Shown here piece after piece: positions 25,042 through 33,714 of a stretch of 48,122 bases of DNA. The position numbers and the translations under genes are program-made. The DNA comes from Gemmatimonadales bacterium (GTDB taxonomy: Bacteria > Gemmatimonadota > Gemmatimonadetes > Gemmatimonadales > GWC2-71-9). Location of the stretch: assembly GCA_045803515.1 (NCBI GenBank), contig JBJMOX010000356.1, positions 1 to 48,122 of the forward strand. Reading direction: 5' to 3'. The notes beneath the pieces were generated by a model. The model ran no database searches and was not told the DNA's origin. It saw nothing but the letters and a program-made list of their open reading frames with translations. The number at the start of each line of letters is the position of its first letter. Position 1 is the first letter of the stretch.

Positions 25042-25260
25042 TTAGGACCGGTGTCGGTGCAGGCGTCGCGACCGCCCCCCGCGGAATTCGAAGTGGCGCT
25101 CGTCGACCATCCGGGCAATCGACGCGGCTTCGCCGTCACACGGCACGCGGGCGAACTGTCTGGCGGACAGCCAGGCGGCGTTATACCACACCCCCGGGTC
25201 GAGGCCGGGGTAGAGGTGGGCGTATTCCGACTTGAGGCGGGCCTCGCGGGCGCTGGTCAT
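25042..25260 (-). CDS. hypothetical small protein, paralog of 7104-7352
   Basis: 72 aa. Shares ARLK.EYA..Y.GLD.G.WY.AA.L and HFEF(K/R)GG with the other copy. Confidence 0.6.
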   Translation of the reverse strand: MTSAREARLKSEYAHLYPGLDPGVWYNAAWLSARQFARVPCDGEAASIARMVDERHFEFRGGRSRRLHRHRS

Positions 25261-25311
25261 GCGCGACTGACCGGGATGGATTCTCCCACAAAGTAGGGCT
25301 GGAGGTGCACC

Positions 25312-26259
25312 ATGTCTAACGCTTTCCTACGTCGGGGGACTCCACCCGTCGTTCGCTATCGGCTGCTCTGGCTCCTCCTGCTGGCGTTGCCGACGGTCGG
25401 CTGGGCACGGCCCGTCCATCCGGCCAACCGCGTCACCATCCTATACGACGCCTTCGGCGATCATCCGGGGCTGGTGGCCGACTGGGGGTTCGCAGCCCTG
25501 GTGGAGTATGGCGGGAAGCGCATTCTCTTCGACACGGGAAACGACGGCGCCATCTTCGAGCGCAATATCCGGGCGCTGGGGGTCGATCTCAAACACCTCG
25601 ACTTCGTCATCGTGTCCCACCGCCACGGCGACCACACCGGAGGTCTCGCCTACTTGCTGCGGCAGAACCCCGGGGTCACGATCTATGCCCCCCGGGAGGG
25701 ATTCGGCGTGTTCGGCTCCTCTCTGCCCGCAAGCTTTCTCCGGCGGGACAACCGCTTGGCTCCGCGCATGCGATATTATGGGGGCACGTCGCCCAAAGCC
25801 ATCATATCGGGCTCACCCTGGCCCCGGGCACACTTCGTCTTGATCGACAGCCTGACGGAGGTTGCACCGGGCGTGGCGATCGTCTCCACCGTGTCTCAGA
25901 CGCCCGGAACGCTGGAGCTGCGGGAGTTGTCGCTCGCCATTCGGACGCCCGCCGGACTGGTGCTCGTGGTCGGCTGCTCCCACCCGGGGATCGAAACCAT
26001 CGTCGCGGCGACGCAGCCATTCGGAGACCACGTGCACATGGTATTCGGGGGGCTGCATCTGGTGGCTACGCCCGACCCTGAGATCGAACGCATCGCCACC
26101 GCGCTGCACGACCGGTGGAAGATCGACTACCTCGCTCCGGGCCATTGCACCGGGGAGCCGGCATTCGACGTGTTGAGCCGGGTATTCGCGGACCGCTACG
26201 TGTATGCAGGGCTCGGTACCGCGGTGAGCCTCTCGGAGCCGGCCTCGCCTGGCCGTTGA
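25312..26259 (+). CDS. MBL-fold metallo-hydrolase (COG1237-like), exported
   Basis: Signal peptide. ..ILFDTGNDG..LDFVIVSHRHGDHTGGLAYLL.. metal-binding motif. Confidence 0.8.
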   Translation: MSNAFLRRGTPPVVRYRLLWLLLLALPTVGWARPVHPANRVTILYDAFGDHPGLVADWGFAALVEYGGKRILFDTGNDGAIFERNIRALGVDLKHLDFVIVSHRHGDHTGGLAYLLRQNPGVTIYAPREGFGVFGSSLPASFLRRDNRLAPRMRYYGGTSPKAIISGSPWPRAHFVLIDSLTEVAPGVAIVSTVSQTPGTLELRELSLAIRTPAGLVLVVGCSHPGIETIVAATQPFGDHVHMVFGGLHLVATPDPEIERIATALHDRWKIDYLAPGHCTGEPAFDVLSRVFADRYVYAGLGTAVSLSEPASPGR

Positions 26260-26284
26260 GGCCAGTATCTGAAGGGAGCCTTTC

Positions 26285-26821
26285 GTGAGGATGACGGTCG
26301 TGCAGGAGTTCTCCATTCGGATCGCCGCCGTTGCCGATGCCGAGCGGCTCTCCGAGCTCGCCGTTCGGACCTTTCGCGATACCTACGCCGAGCACAACCG
26401 GCCGGAGAACATGGCCCAGTACCTTTCGGCCCATTTCAGCCCGGAGAAGCAAGCCGCCGAGCTTGCTGACCCGCGGATGGCGACCATCGTCGCCGAGGCG
26501 GGCTCGCAGCTCATCGGATACGCGCAGCTCCGGCCCGGGAGCCCGCCCGACTGCGTCCCCGGCACGGACCGGCTCGAGCTGTCCCGATTCTACGTCGACC
26601 GACCATGGCATGGACGCGGGGTGGCGCAGGCCCTGATGACCGCGACCGCTCGCGAGGCCACTGCCCGGGGCGTGGAGACGGTCTGGCTCGGGGTATGGCA
26701 GCAGAATTCCCGCGGGATCGCCTTCTATCGCAAGTGCGGCTTCGCGGATGTCGGCACCCAGACGTTCGTGCTCGGCTCCGAGCCGCAGAATGACCGAGTG
26801 ATGGCGCTGGCCCTGACGTGA
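26285..26821 (+). CDS. GNAT-family N-acetyltransferase
   Basis: ..LSRFYVDRPWHGRGVAQALM..NSRGIAFYRKCGF.. Confidence 0.8.
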   Translation: MRMTVVQEFSIRIAAVADAERLSELAVRTFRDTYAEHNRPENMAQYLSAHFSPEKQAAELADPRMATIVAEAGSQLIGYAQLRPGSPPDCVPGTDRLELSRFYVDRPWHGRGVAQALMTATAREATARGVETVWLGVWQQNSRGIAFYRKCGFADVGTQTFVLGSEPQNDRVMALALT

Positions 26822-27342
26822 CGGAGCCCCCGATGGCATCGCTGAGCCGCGAACTCCTGGAGTGGAACCTGCAACCGCAGACCGGCAGGCGGAGCTGGCA
26901 CGGCGGCCCCACCCCGGTAGGCGCGCTGCGTGGGGTGACCGCCGAACAGGCGCATTGGGCGCCCACGCCGAGCCGGAAGAGCATCTGGCAGCTTGCCCTG
27001 CACATGGCCTACTGGAAATACACCGTGCGGCGCCACCTCGAGGCCGGGCCGGTCTCCCGGTTCCCCCGAAAGCCCGCCAACTGGCCTTCGGTTGCGCCGG
27101 TGCCGGAGCGCGCCGCCTGGGAGCAGGACGTGGCGCTCCTCAAGTCGGAGCACCAGCTCCTGCTCGATGCGTTGCGGCGGGTGCCCGACTGGCCGCTCGA
27201 TCGGGTGCCGCCGGGAGGCCGGCGGTGGACGTACGGTGAGCTGCTGCTGGGCATCGCCGCGCACGATGCGTATCACACCGGACAGATTCAGTTGCTCAAG
27301 CGCTTGTGGCAGGAGCGTGCTCGCCTGGGCCGGCGTTCGTGA
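26818..27342 (+). CDS. DinB-family protein
   Basis: GTGA-type overlap with the upstream GNAT. ..IWQLALHMAYWKY.. and ..LLLGIAAHDAYHTGQIQLL.. Confidence 0.75.
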   Translation: MTEPPMASLSRELLEWNLQPQTGRRSWHGGPTPVGALRGVTAEQAHWAPTPSRKSIWQLALHMAYWKYTVRRHLEAGPVSRFPRKPANWPSVAPVPERAAWEQDVALLKSEHQLLLDALRRVPDWPLDRVPPGGRRWTYGELLLGIAAHDAYHTGQIQLLKRLWQERARLGRRS

Positions 27343-27832
27343 GCCGAACCGCCGGCGGTCGGCGGAGGGTCTGCAGCACGACGCAGTAGCGCTCGGTGAG
27401 CCGGAACAGCGTGTCCAGTTGCTCGGAAGATGCGTCGGTGTCGAGCTCGAAGCCCAGCCGGATCTCCTGGAACCCGACCGGTGTCTCCTTGCTCACGCCC
27501 AGCGTGCCGCGGAAATCGAGATCGCCTTCGGCCCGGACCGTGCCCGCTCGCACCTCGATGCCGAGAGCCGTCGCGACCGCCCTGAGAGTCACGCCGGCAC
27601 ACGCCACCAGGGCCTCGAGCAGCATGTCGCCGGAGCAGGCCTGCAGTCCCGTTCCACCACTCGCGGGGTGAAGCCCTGCCTCCACCAGAGCGCGCCCGGT
27701 CTCGACCCGGCAGGCGATGGCGTGCGAGTCGAGGCTCCCACTGGCAGTGAGTGTCACCAGGGCGCCGGCCGGGTCTTCCCGGTATCGGGCTTTGAGGGGA
27801 GACTGCAGGGCGCGAAGCTCGTCGGCGTTCAT
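27296..27832 (-). CDS. osmC: OsmC/Ohr-family peroxiredoxin-like protein
   Basis: Last 178 codons of ORF 27296-28768 starting MNADELRAL. ..GTGLQACSGDMLLEALVACAGVTL.. and ..LTERYCVV.. (two conserved Cys). Confidence 0.8.
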   Translation of the reverse strand: MNADELRALQSPLKARYREDPAGALVTLTASGSLDSHAIACRVETGRALVEAGLHPASGGTGLQACSGDMLLEALVACAGVTLRAVATALGIEVRAGTVRAEGDLDFRGTLGVSKETPVGFQEIRLGFELDTDASSEQLDTLFRLTERYCVVLQTLRRPPAVRLTNAGPGEHAPATSA

Positions 27833-27868
27833 CGGTCTCGAAAGTGAGGGTGAAGATCGTGGCAAGCC

Positions 27869-28366
27869 ATGATGGATTCTAGCATGCGAGCTGCCGCTGG
27901 GCCTGCCGGGGAGGCTCCCCTCTCGGTGCGCCAAGCCGGGCTGGAGGACCTCGATCTCGTCGCTCCGCTGTTCGATGCCTACCGGCAGTTCTATCGGCAG
28001 CCGCACGATCTGCCGGTCGCACGCGCGTTCCTCCATGCGCGACTCACCGCGGGAGACTCCGAGGTCTACCTGGCGGAGGCCGCCGGGGCCGTGCTGGGGT
28101 TCGTGCAGCTGTATCCACTCTTCTCCTCGACCGGGCCGCGGCCCGGCCGGATCTGGTTGCTGAACGATCTGTACGTGGTTCCCTCGGCGCGGGGGCGCGG
28201 CGTAGGCCGGCAATTGATGGATCGCGCGCGCCAGCTCGCGGAGGAGACCGGCGCCCAGTCCATCGAGCTCACCACGGCCCGCTCCAACACCCTGGCCCAG
28301 GCGCTCTACGAGTCGCTGGGGTATCGCCGGGATGAGGAGTTCTACACCTACTCGCTCGGGCTCTGA
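27869..28366 (+). CDS. GNAT-family N-acetyltransferase
   Basis: ..LNDLYVVPSARGRGVGRQLMDRARQLA..LAQALYESLGY.. Confidence 0.8.
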   Translation: MMDSSMRAAAGPAGEAPLSVRQAGLEDLDLVAPLFDAYRQFYRQPHDLPVARAFLHARLTAGDSEVYLAEAAGAVLGFVQLYPLFSSTGPRPGRIWLLNDLYVVPSARGRGVGRQLMDRARQLAEETGAQSIELTTARSNTLAQALYESLGYRRDEEFYTYSLGL

Positions 28367-28370
28367 GGAA

Positions 28371-28655
28371 ATGGCGGCGACCAGGCTCCTCGCGGCCTTC
28401 GACCAGACCATCGCGGCGGTGCGGCGGATGGAGGCCGTGGGCCTCCGCACGAACGACGGGGCGTCCGCGCAGTCGCAGCTCGGTCGGCTGCTCGAGGAAC
28501 TCACGGCCCAGCGCGCGGCGATCGCCGATGGTGCACCCCTCGACCCCGAGTGGCCCGGCCGGGTGGTGCGCTGGGTGGCCGAATGGATTCCCGAGAGCGA
28601 GCTGCCGCTGCTGGCCCGATTGGGCGGCATCGCCCGCGCCGGCAGAGGCGACTGA
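28371..28655 (+). CDS. hypothetical protein
   Basis: ATG 28371 after GAGGAA, 94 aa. No family recognised. Confidence 0.45.
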   Translation: MAATRLLAAFDQTIAAVRRMEAVGLRTNDGASAQSQLGRLLEELTAQRAAIADGAPLDPEWPGRVVRWVAEWIPESELPLLARLGGIARAGRGD

Positions 28656-28776
28656 GCCGACCACCCATGCAGCGACTCATCGTGCGGCCCGCCAGGCTGC
28701 CGGTCATCGCGCCGGACGCGGTGCTCGCGTTCGTCCGGGATCAGGTCTCGCGGCGCGCGCTCGTCCATCGAGGAAT

Positions 28777-29451
28777 ATGGTGACCACCGAGTTCGTCGGG
28801 TCGGCCACCGAGCGGACCACGGCCGCGACCGACGCCGCCCTGGCGCTGCTGTCGCTGGGCGGGGCGGTCTACCTGACGCGAGCCGTTCCCCGGTCGCTGG
28901 CGCGACGCATCTGGCTGGCGGCCCTCCTCACGCTCTCCCTCGCGTCCGGATTGGGGGCCATCGCCCACGGCCTGGTCATGAGCGGCGCGGTTCGCGAGGC
29001 GCTCTGGCAACCTCTCTATCTCCTGCTCGGCATCACGATGGCGCTGTTCGTGGTCGGGGCCGCGGACGCCTGGCGCGGTGAGGTGACCGCCAGGCGCCTT
29101 CTCCTTCCGCTGCTGGGCCTGGCGCTGGTGTTCTATGGAATCACCCGGGCCGCGCGAGGCGACTTTCTGGTCTTCGTGATCTTCGAGGCGGGGGCGCTGA
29201 TCTTCTCCCTGCTGGTCTATCTCCGGCTGGCCTATCTGCGGACCCGGCGCGGTGCCGGCCTCATGGCGCTCGCGCTGGCGGTGAGCCTCCTGGCCGGCGT
29301 GGTCCAGGCGAGCGGACCGATCGCCGTCCGGCTGGTCTGGGACTTCGATCACAACGGGCTCTTCCATCTGCTGCAGTTGCTCGGGGTGACATTGCTGCTG
29401 CTGGGCCTTCGGCGTGTGCTGGACCAGTCCGACCTCGGAACCTCACCCTAG
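28777..29451 (+). CDS. hypothetical multi-pass membrane protein
   Basis: ATG 28777 in ORF 28528-29451. About 7 hydrophobic helices. Confidence 0.55.
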   Translation: MVTTEFVGSATERTTAATDAALALLSLGGAVYLTRAVPRSLARRIWLAALLTLSLASGLGAIAHGLVMSGAVREALWQPLYLLLGITMALFVVGAADAWRGEVTARRLLLPLLGLALVFYGITRAARGDFLVFVIFEAGALIFSLLVYLRLAYLRTRRGAGLMALALAVSLLAGVVQASGPIAVRLVWDFDHNGLFHLLQLLGVTLLLLGLRRVLDQSDLGTSP

Positions 29452-29457
29452 CCGCCG

Positions 29458-30183
29458 ATGCTGTTGCAGGCTGCGCTCAACGGCGCTCGACCCGCGGGTG
29501 CACATCCTCTCCTCCCCGTCACACGAGAGGCGCTGGCAGCCGCAGCCGCGGAGTCAGTGGCCGCTGGGGCGGGGGCCATCCACGCGCACTCGCGTGGCTC
29601 GGATGGCGGGGAGAGCCTCGCGGCTGCGGATATCGACCGTCTCGTGCTGGCGATACGTCAGGCCCTGCCTTCAACCCCGCTCGGCGTGAGCACCGGGGCC
29701 TGGATCGCGGGGAGCGGGGCCGAGCGCCAGGATCTGGTGGCGGGATGGAGTGAGCTCCCGGACTTCGCCTCGGTAAACTTCGATGAACCCGGGGCAGCCT
29801 CGCTCGCGCGGCTGCTCTTGCGCCGCGGGATCGGCGTGGAGGCTGGGCTCAGCGACGAACATGCTACCTGTCACCTGGCCGAGAGCGGGCTGGCCGACGA
29901 GTGCCTTCGAGTGCTCCTGGAGCCGCAGGCACAGGACCTGAGTGTGGCTCTCGGCATCGCCGATCGGATCGAAGCGGTCCTCGAGAGCTCGGGCATCAGA
30001 TGCCCCCGCCTCCTCCATGGCACCGAAGCCACCGCCTGGCTACTCCTCGACGAAGCGGCCCGCCGAGGCTACGATGCGCGCATCGGGCTGGAAGACATCC
30101 TTCGGTTGCCTGACGGCACGCCGGCCGATGGCAACCGCGCGCTGGTGGTCGAGGCACGGAGGCGTCTTGAAGCGAGAGCCTGA
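29458..30183 (+). CDS. 3-keto-5-aminohexanoate cleavage enzyme-like (BKACE/DUF849) protein
   Basis: MLLQAALNGAR..HPLLPVT..AGAGAIHAH.R is the N-terminal TIM-barrel signature of DUF849. Confidence 0.7.
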   Translation: MLLQAALNGARPAGAHPLLPVTREALAAAAAESVAAGAGAIHAHSRGSDGGESLAAADIDRLVLAIRQALPSTPLGVSTGAWIAGSGAERQDLVAGWSELPDFASVNFDEPGAASLARLLLRRGIGVEAGLSDEHATCHLAESGLADECLRVLLEPQAQDLSVALGIADRIEAVLESSGIRCPRLLHGTEATAWLLLDEAARRGYDARIGLEDILRLPDGTPADGNRALVVEARRRLEARA

Positions 30184-30206
30184 ATCCTCCACCGGGAGGT
30201 CTCCTC

Positions 30207-30716
30207 ATGCTGGTATCCACCGTCGCGGCCATCGTCGACCGAGAGCTCAAGACTGTCCGCCGCGAGCTCGAGGCTTATCCCGACGACCACCTGATCTGGC
30301 GGATACTGCCCGGCGTCCCCAACAGCGGGGGAACGCTCGCGCTGCATCTGGCGGGGAATCTCCAGCACTATATCGGCGCGCAGTTGGGGCGGACGGGCTA
30401 CGTGCGGGATCGGCCGGCCGAGTTCGCCCGGCGCGACGTGCCCCGTGCGGAGCTCCTGGAGGAGCTCGAGACGGCCCGCGCGGCAGTGGGGTCGGTCCTC
30501 GCACGTCTAAAAGATGAGGATCTTCCGAAGCAGTTTCCCGAGATCGTCGGTGGCGTGCGAGTGGACACGGAGGAGTACCTCGTGCACCTGCTGGTGCATC
30601 TCGCGTATCACCTGGGCCAGCTGGACACTCACCGGCGCGTGGTGACCGGCGACGCCTCCGGAGTCGGCGCCGTCCGGCAGACCGAGCTGGGAACGGCCCG
30701 ACCGACCGCCGGCTGA
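30207..30716 (+). CDS. DinB-family protein
   Basis: GGGAGG SD. ..TLALHLAGNLQHYIG.. and ..LVHLLVHLAYHLGQL.. Confidence 0.8.
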   Translation: MLVSTVAAIVDRELKTVRRELEAYPDDHLIWRILPGVPNSGGTLALHLAGNLQHYIGAQLGRTGYVRDRPAEFARRDVPRAELLEELETARAAVGSVLARLKDEDLPKQFPEIVGGVRVDTEEYLVHLLVHLAYHLGQLDTHRRVVTGDASGVGAVRQTELGTARPTAG

Positions 30717-30723
30717 GCCGTTG

Positions 30724-31725
30724 TCAGCAGCTGGTGATCGGTCCGCTCTGCAGGAGCTCGAAGTCGCTCCCGTGCACCGGGTGGGTGCGGAGCTGGTCCA
30801 GCGCATCGGACCAGGCCGGGTCGGACGTGCCGGTGAGGTACCAGGGACTGCCCTGGTCGGCGAGCATCAGGCCATACTTCTTGAGCGCGGTGAGCAGCAC
30901 GAGCGCGTCGCCGGTATAGGGCGCGAGCGAGAAATCTGCCCGGAGCCGGGCCCGGGTGCCGTACGGCGGGAGACTGGTGTCGGTGTACTGTCCGCAGTGG
31001 CTCGCCGGCGGAACGTAGGCGCGCCTCACATGCGGTACGGTGAATCGGATCGCGTGGGTGAGCCGGTCCTCCGCCACCTCGTCGTGCTTGAGCAGCCCAG
31101 GCAGGATCGGCAGGCCCGCCGCGTCGGCCGAGGTCCAGCCGGCCGGGCGGGTCGCGTTGGTGGTGAGATCCCACTTCGCCGACGAGCTCACCCGGAACCC
31201 GCCGCCGCTGCGCACCGCGTTGTAGAGCTCGTACAACGCGCACTCGCCTTGACGCACCACCAGCACGTGGCGATCGCCGGAGCCCGGATCGGGGTCGGCG
31301 GTGCTGCCGCCCTCGATGTGCGCGTCCAGGGGAATCGGCACCGGTCCGGGATCGCTCTCGTCGGAGTAGTCGGCGCCGTCGGTGCCGAAGGTGATCGGCA
31401 CGAGCGGCTGATCCGCCGGTACGACGGTGTAGGGAATGCCGTAGTATTCCTCGGTCGTCCCCAGGTCGAGATGGAGCGCGCTGGCGGGCGACATGACCGC
31501 CAGTAGGGCCGCCGAGTTGGTGGCGACCGGGTCCGCACTCACGTCGCGATTCCAGGCGTTGTCCGCGGGAAAGACCTGGCATCCACCGATGCTCGCGAGC
31601 GTGCCGCTCCCGCCGGGAGATGGGTTGCCGCCGGTGGGCGGGTCGCCGGGGCCGGCGTCGGCAGGACCCGCGGATTCGCCGCACCCTGCAAGCAGCAGAC
31701 TGAGGAGGAGCCGACGGACCCGCAT
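30724..31725 (-). CDS. conserved hypothetical lipoprotein
   Basis: ATG 31725 gives MRVRRLLLSLLLAGCG (lipobox). 333 aa. ..FPADNAWNRDVS..DRHVLVV..C.LYELY..GWTSADAAGLPILPGLL.. Confidence 0.65.
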   Translation of the reverse strand: MRVRRLLLSLLLAGCGESAGPADAGPGDPPTGGNPSPGGSGTLASIGGCQVFPADNAWNRDVSADPVATNSAALLAVMSPASALHLDLGTTEEYYGIPYTVVPADQPLVPITFGTDGADYSDESDPGPVPIPLDAHIEGGSTADPDPGSGDRHVLVVRQGECALYELYNAVRSGGGFRVSSSAKWDLTTNATRPAGWTSADAAGLPILPGLLKHDEVAEDRLTHAIRFTVPHVRRAYVPPASHCGQYTDTSLPPYGTRARLRADFSLAPYTGDALVLLTALKKYGLMLADQGSPWYLTGTSDPAWSDALDQLRTHPVHGSDFELLQSGPITSC

Positions 31726-31880
31726 GGAAGTCTCCGCTCCACTGTGGGGTAGCCCAGGGTGCAAAGATTGTGTCGGTGACCTGTGAACGAGGGGCAAGAT
31801 CCATGCTGCCGCCGACCCGTGGAGTTGGCGCCGCCGGCTGTCGGCCATAAATTCTTGGGCACCCGACCACGGAGAATGAC

Positions 31881-32156
31881 ATGGCAAACGAGGGACTGCG
31901 CCGCCCGGAGAACACCCAGGAGTTCGTGGCCATGTGGAATGCGGTCACCGAAGAGGCGATGACCCACAAGCTCACGGGCGTGCTGCCGCAGCTGGCGCGA
32001 GGGTTGTCGTCGCCGGTGGAGCTGCGCGACGCCCAGGCCGAAGCGCTCTCACCGGTTCTGCTTCGCGCCTTGCAGATCGCGGCCTCTCCCCAGGGCGGGG
32101 TCGCCGCCGCGGTCACGTTCCTGAGCGAGCTGGCGGCCCAGGCGCCAGGACGGTAG
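31881..32156 (+). CDS. hypothetical protein
   Basis: 91-aa ORF after GGAGA. No family recognised. Confidence 0.4.
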   Translation: MANEGLRRPENTQEFVAMWNAVTEEAMTHKLTGVLPQLARGLSSPVELRDAQAEALSPVLLRALQIAASPQGGVAAAVTFLSELAAQAPGR

Positions 32157-32185
32157 CCCTTTCACCTGCTGCCCCGAGGATCTGA

Positions 32186-32392
32186 ATGCGGAACCTGTTC
32201 GCCCTGCTCGCGCTGCTCGGTGCCGGAGGGGTCGCGGTCGGCATCATGACGATCATGCAGAAGGTGCCCGGTCAGGCCGGGCCACTCCCCTTCCGCTTCG
32301 AGAGCGACGGCGGGCCGGGACCGCTGCTCGCCGGACTCATGCTCATCGCCGGCAGTCTCTACCTGCGCTCCACCTGGCAGGGCAGGGACTAG
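32186..32392 (+). CDS. hypothetical small two-TM membrane protein
   Basis: 68 aa. Two hydrophobic segments. Confidence 0.4.
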   Translation: MRNLFALLALLGAGGVAVGIMTIMQKVPGQAGPLPFRFESDGGPGPLLAGLMLIAGSLYLRSTWQGRD

Positions 32393-32399
32393 CCGCGCC

Positions 32400-32798
32400 G
32401 TGCCTTCCTTGCTGCGCACGCTGCTCGATGCCCTCGACGAGCTTCGCTCCCACCACCGGCGCCGCTTGCCCTTCGTGACCCTGCCGCTGGAGCGCCGCCG
32501 GCCGCGGATCGCCGCGGAGGATTACGCGGCCCGCCATTCCATCGAGCACACGCTCGATCGGAAGGCGGAGCTACGCCGCCTGGCGCCGACCCATCCGGTG
32601 GCGGCCCAGCGCTATCACGAGCTGCTCACCTACGAGCTGCAGGGGCTCCGCGAGGTCGTGGCCGTGCTGGATTCCACCGCCGGAGGCCGCGACCTCCAGG
32701 AGTGTCTGGCCGAGACCCGGAGCGAGATCGACCGGCTGGCGATCGAGGTGGCCTGGTGCTCCACGCTGCTCCAGAAGGCTCCGGCACCGCCCGCCTGA
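32400..32798 (+). CDS. hypothetical helical protein
   Basis: GTG start, 132 aa. No family recognised. Confidence 0.4.
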   Translation: MPSLLRTLLDALDELRSHHRRRLPFVTLPLERRRPRIAAEDYAARHSIEHTLDRKAELRRLAPTHPVAAQRYHELLTYELQGLREVVAVLDSTAGGRDLQECLAETRSEIDRLAIEVAWCSTLLQKAPAPPA

Positions 32799-33007
32799 CG
32801 CGCGAGCTGCTGCTGCTCGTCGTCGTCGTGCTCCTGGTCGACGGCGGCTTCATCGCTCTCGATCGCCTCACCCCGCTCCGCTCGGCCTCGGGCACCCTGA
32901 AGCTGGGCTACACCGCCCTCTGGACCGTGGTCATCCTCCTCGTCGTGCTCCGGGGATTGCTGCGGATCCGCGCGCTCCGGGGCCGCCCTACCGGGCGCCC
33001 GCGGTAG
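32702..33007 (+). CDS. hypothetical small two-TM membrane protein (start uncertain)
   Basis: The hydrophobic part LLLLVVVVLLVDGGFIAL...LWTVVILLVVL starts after 32800. The start may be ATG 32702 or an internal GTG near 32755. Confidence 0.3.
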   Translation: MSGRDPERDRPAGDRGGLVLHAAPEGSGTARLTRELLLLVVVVLLVDGGFIALDRLTPLRSASGTLKLGYTALWTVVILLVVLRGLLRIRALRGRPTGRPR

Positions 33008-33037
33008 TCACGGCGGGCGGCCTGCTTGCGCCGGATT

Positions 33038-33057
33038 AACTAACCGATTAATTAGTT
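33038..33057. promoter_or_regulatory. AT-rich inverted repeat, candidate TetR operator/promoter
   Basis: AACTAA-ccgattaa-TTAGTT immediately upstream of the TetR ATG (33061). This is the most AT-rich spot in a GC-rich region. Confidence 0.4.
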
Positions 33058-33060
33058 CGC

Positions 33061-33714
33061 ATGGCCGAGACCGCCAGCCGGGACCAGATCCTCGATGCCG
33101 CCGAGCGGCTCTTCGCCGAGCAGGGCTTCGCGCGCACCACGATCAAGCAGATCGGCCGCGCCGCCGGCGTGAACAGCGCGCTGCTCTACTACTACTTCGC
33201 CGGCAAGGAGGAGCTCTACCAGGAGGTGCTGCGGCGCCTGATCGGGCACCTGGTCGAGCGGACCAGTGGCAGCCTGGATCAGCCCGGCCCGCCGGAGTCC
33301 CGCCTCCGGGCGCTGGTCGCGGCGCAGGCGGAGGTGATCGCCGCCAACCCCCGCTTTCCCCGCCTCCTGGTGCGCGAGCTGGCGGAATCGGACGCGGCCC
33401 ACGCGGTCGGCCAGCTCCACGTCCTCGCGGCCACCACTTTCCGGCGGCTCTGCGATCTGGTGCGTGAAGGCCAGGCGGCCGGAGTCTTCCGCCGCGGCCT
33501 GGACCCCCGCTTCGCGGCCATCTCCATCGTCTCCCAGGTGGCGTACTTCACCATCGCGCGCCCGGCGATCCGGATTCTGCTGAAGACCGGCCCGGAGGGA
33601 CCCTCGCTCGGCACGCTGCGTGCCTTCGCACGGCACGCCGCGGACTTCGCCCTCGCCGGCCTGACTGCGCGCCCCCTGGTCGCTCGCCGCGGCCGCACCA
33701 GGAAGGCCGGATGA
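33061..33714 (+). CDS. TetR/AcrR-family transcriptional regulator
   Basis: HTH region ILDAAERLFAEQGFARTTIKQIGRAAGVNSALLYYYF. Confidence 0.9.
   Translation: MAETASRDQILDAAERLFAEQGFARTTIKQIGRAAGVNSALLYYYFAGKEELYQEVLRRLIGHLVERTSGSLDQPGPPESRLRALVAAQAEVIAANPRFPRLLVRELAESDAAHAVGQLHVLAATTFRRLCDLVREGQAAGVFRRGLDPRFAAISIVSQVAYFTIARPAIRILLKTGPEGPSLGTLRAFARHAADFALAGLTARPLVARRGRTRKAG

Noticed and set aside
27296-27342. 47-nt convergent overlap of the DinB (26818-27342) and OsmC (27296-27832) 3' ends as a possible antisense regulatory feature.
   Set aside because: It more likely reflects poorly conserved C-terminal tails running to the first available stop in GC-rich DNA. No structure or motif supports a regulatory role.
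28667-28783. 38-aa ORF (MQRLIVRPARLPVIAPDAVLAFVRDQVSRRALVHRGIW) between 28655 and the membrane-protein gene.
   Set aside because: It is very short, has no SD and no recognisable features. It may be a remnant or chance ORF.
30629-32116. 495-aa minus-strand ORF and other long ORFs around 30.7-31.9 kb.
   Set aside because: It is out of frame with the lipoprotein gene 30724-31725, which has a proper lipobox start and SD. The composition is Arg/Pro/Gly-rich.
32808-32832. (CTG)4(CGT)4 trinucleotide run as a possible contingency or slippage locus, and CRISPR-like repeats generally.
   Set aside because: The run is short and in frame, encoding a hydrophobic LLLLVVVV helix. I saw no spaced repeat array anywhere in the window.
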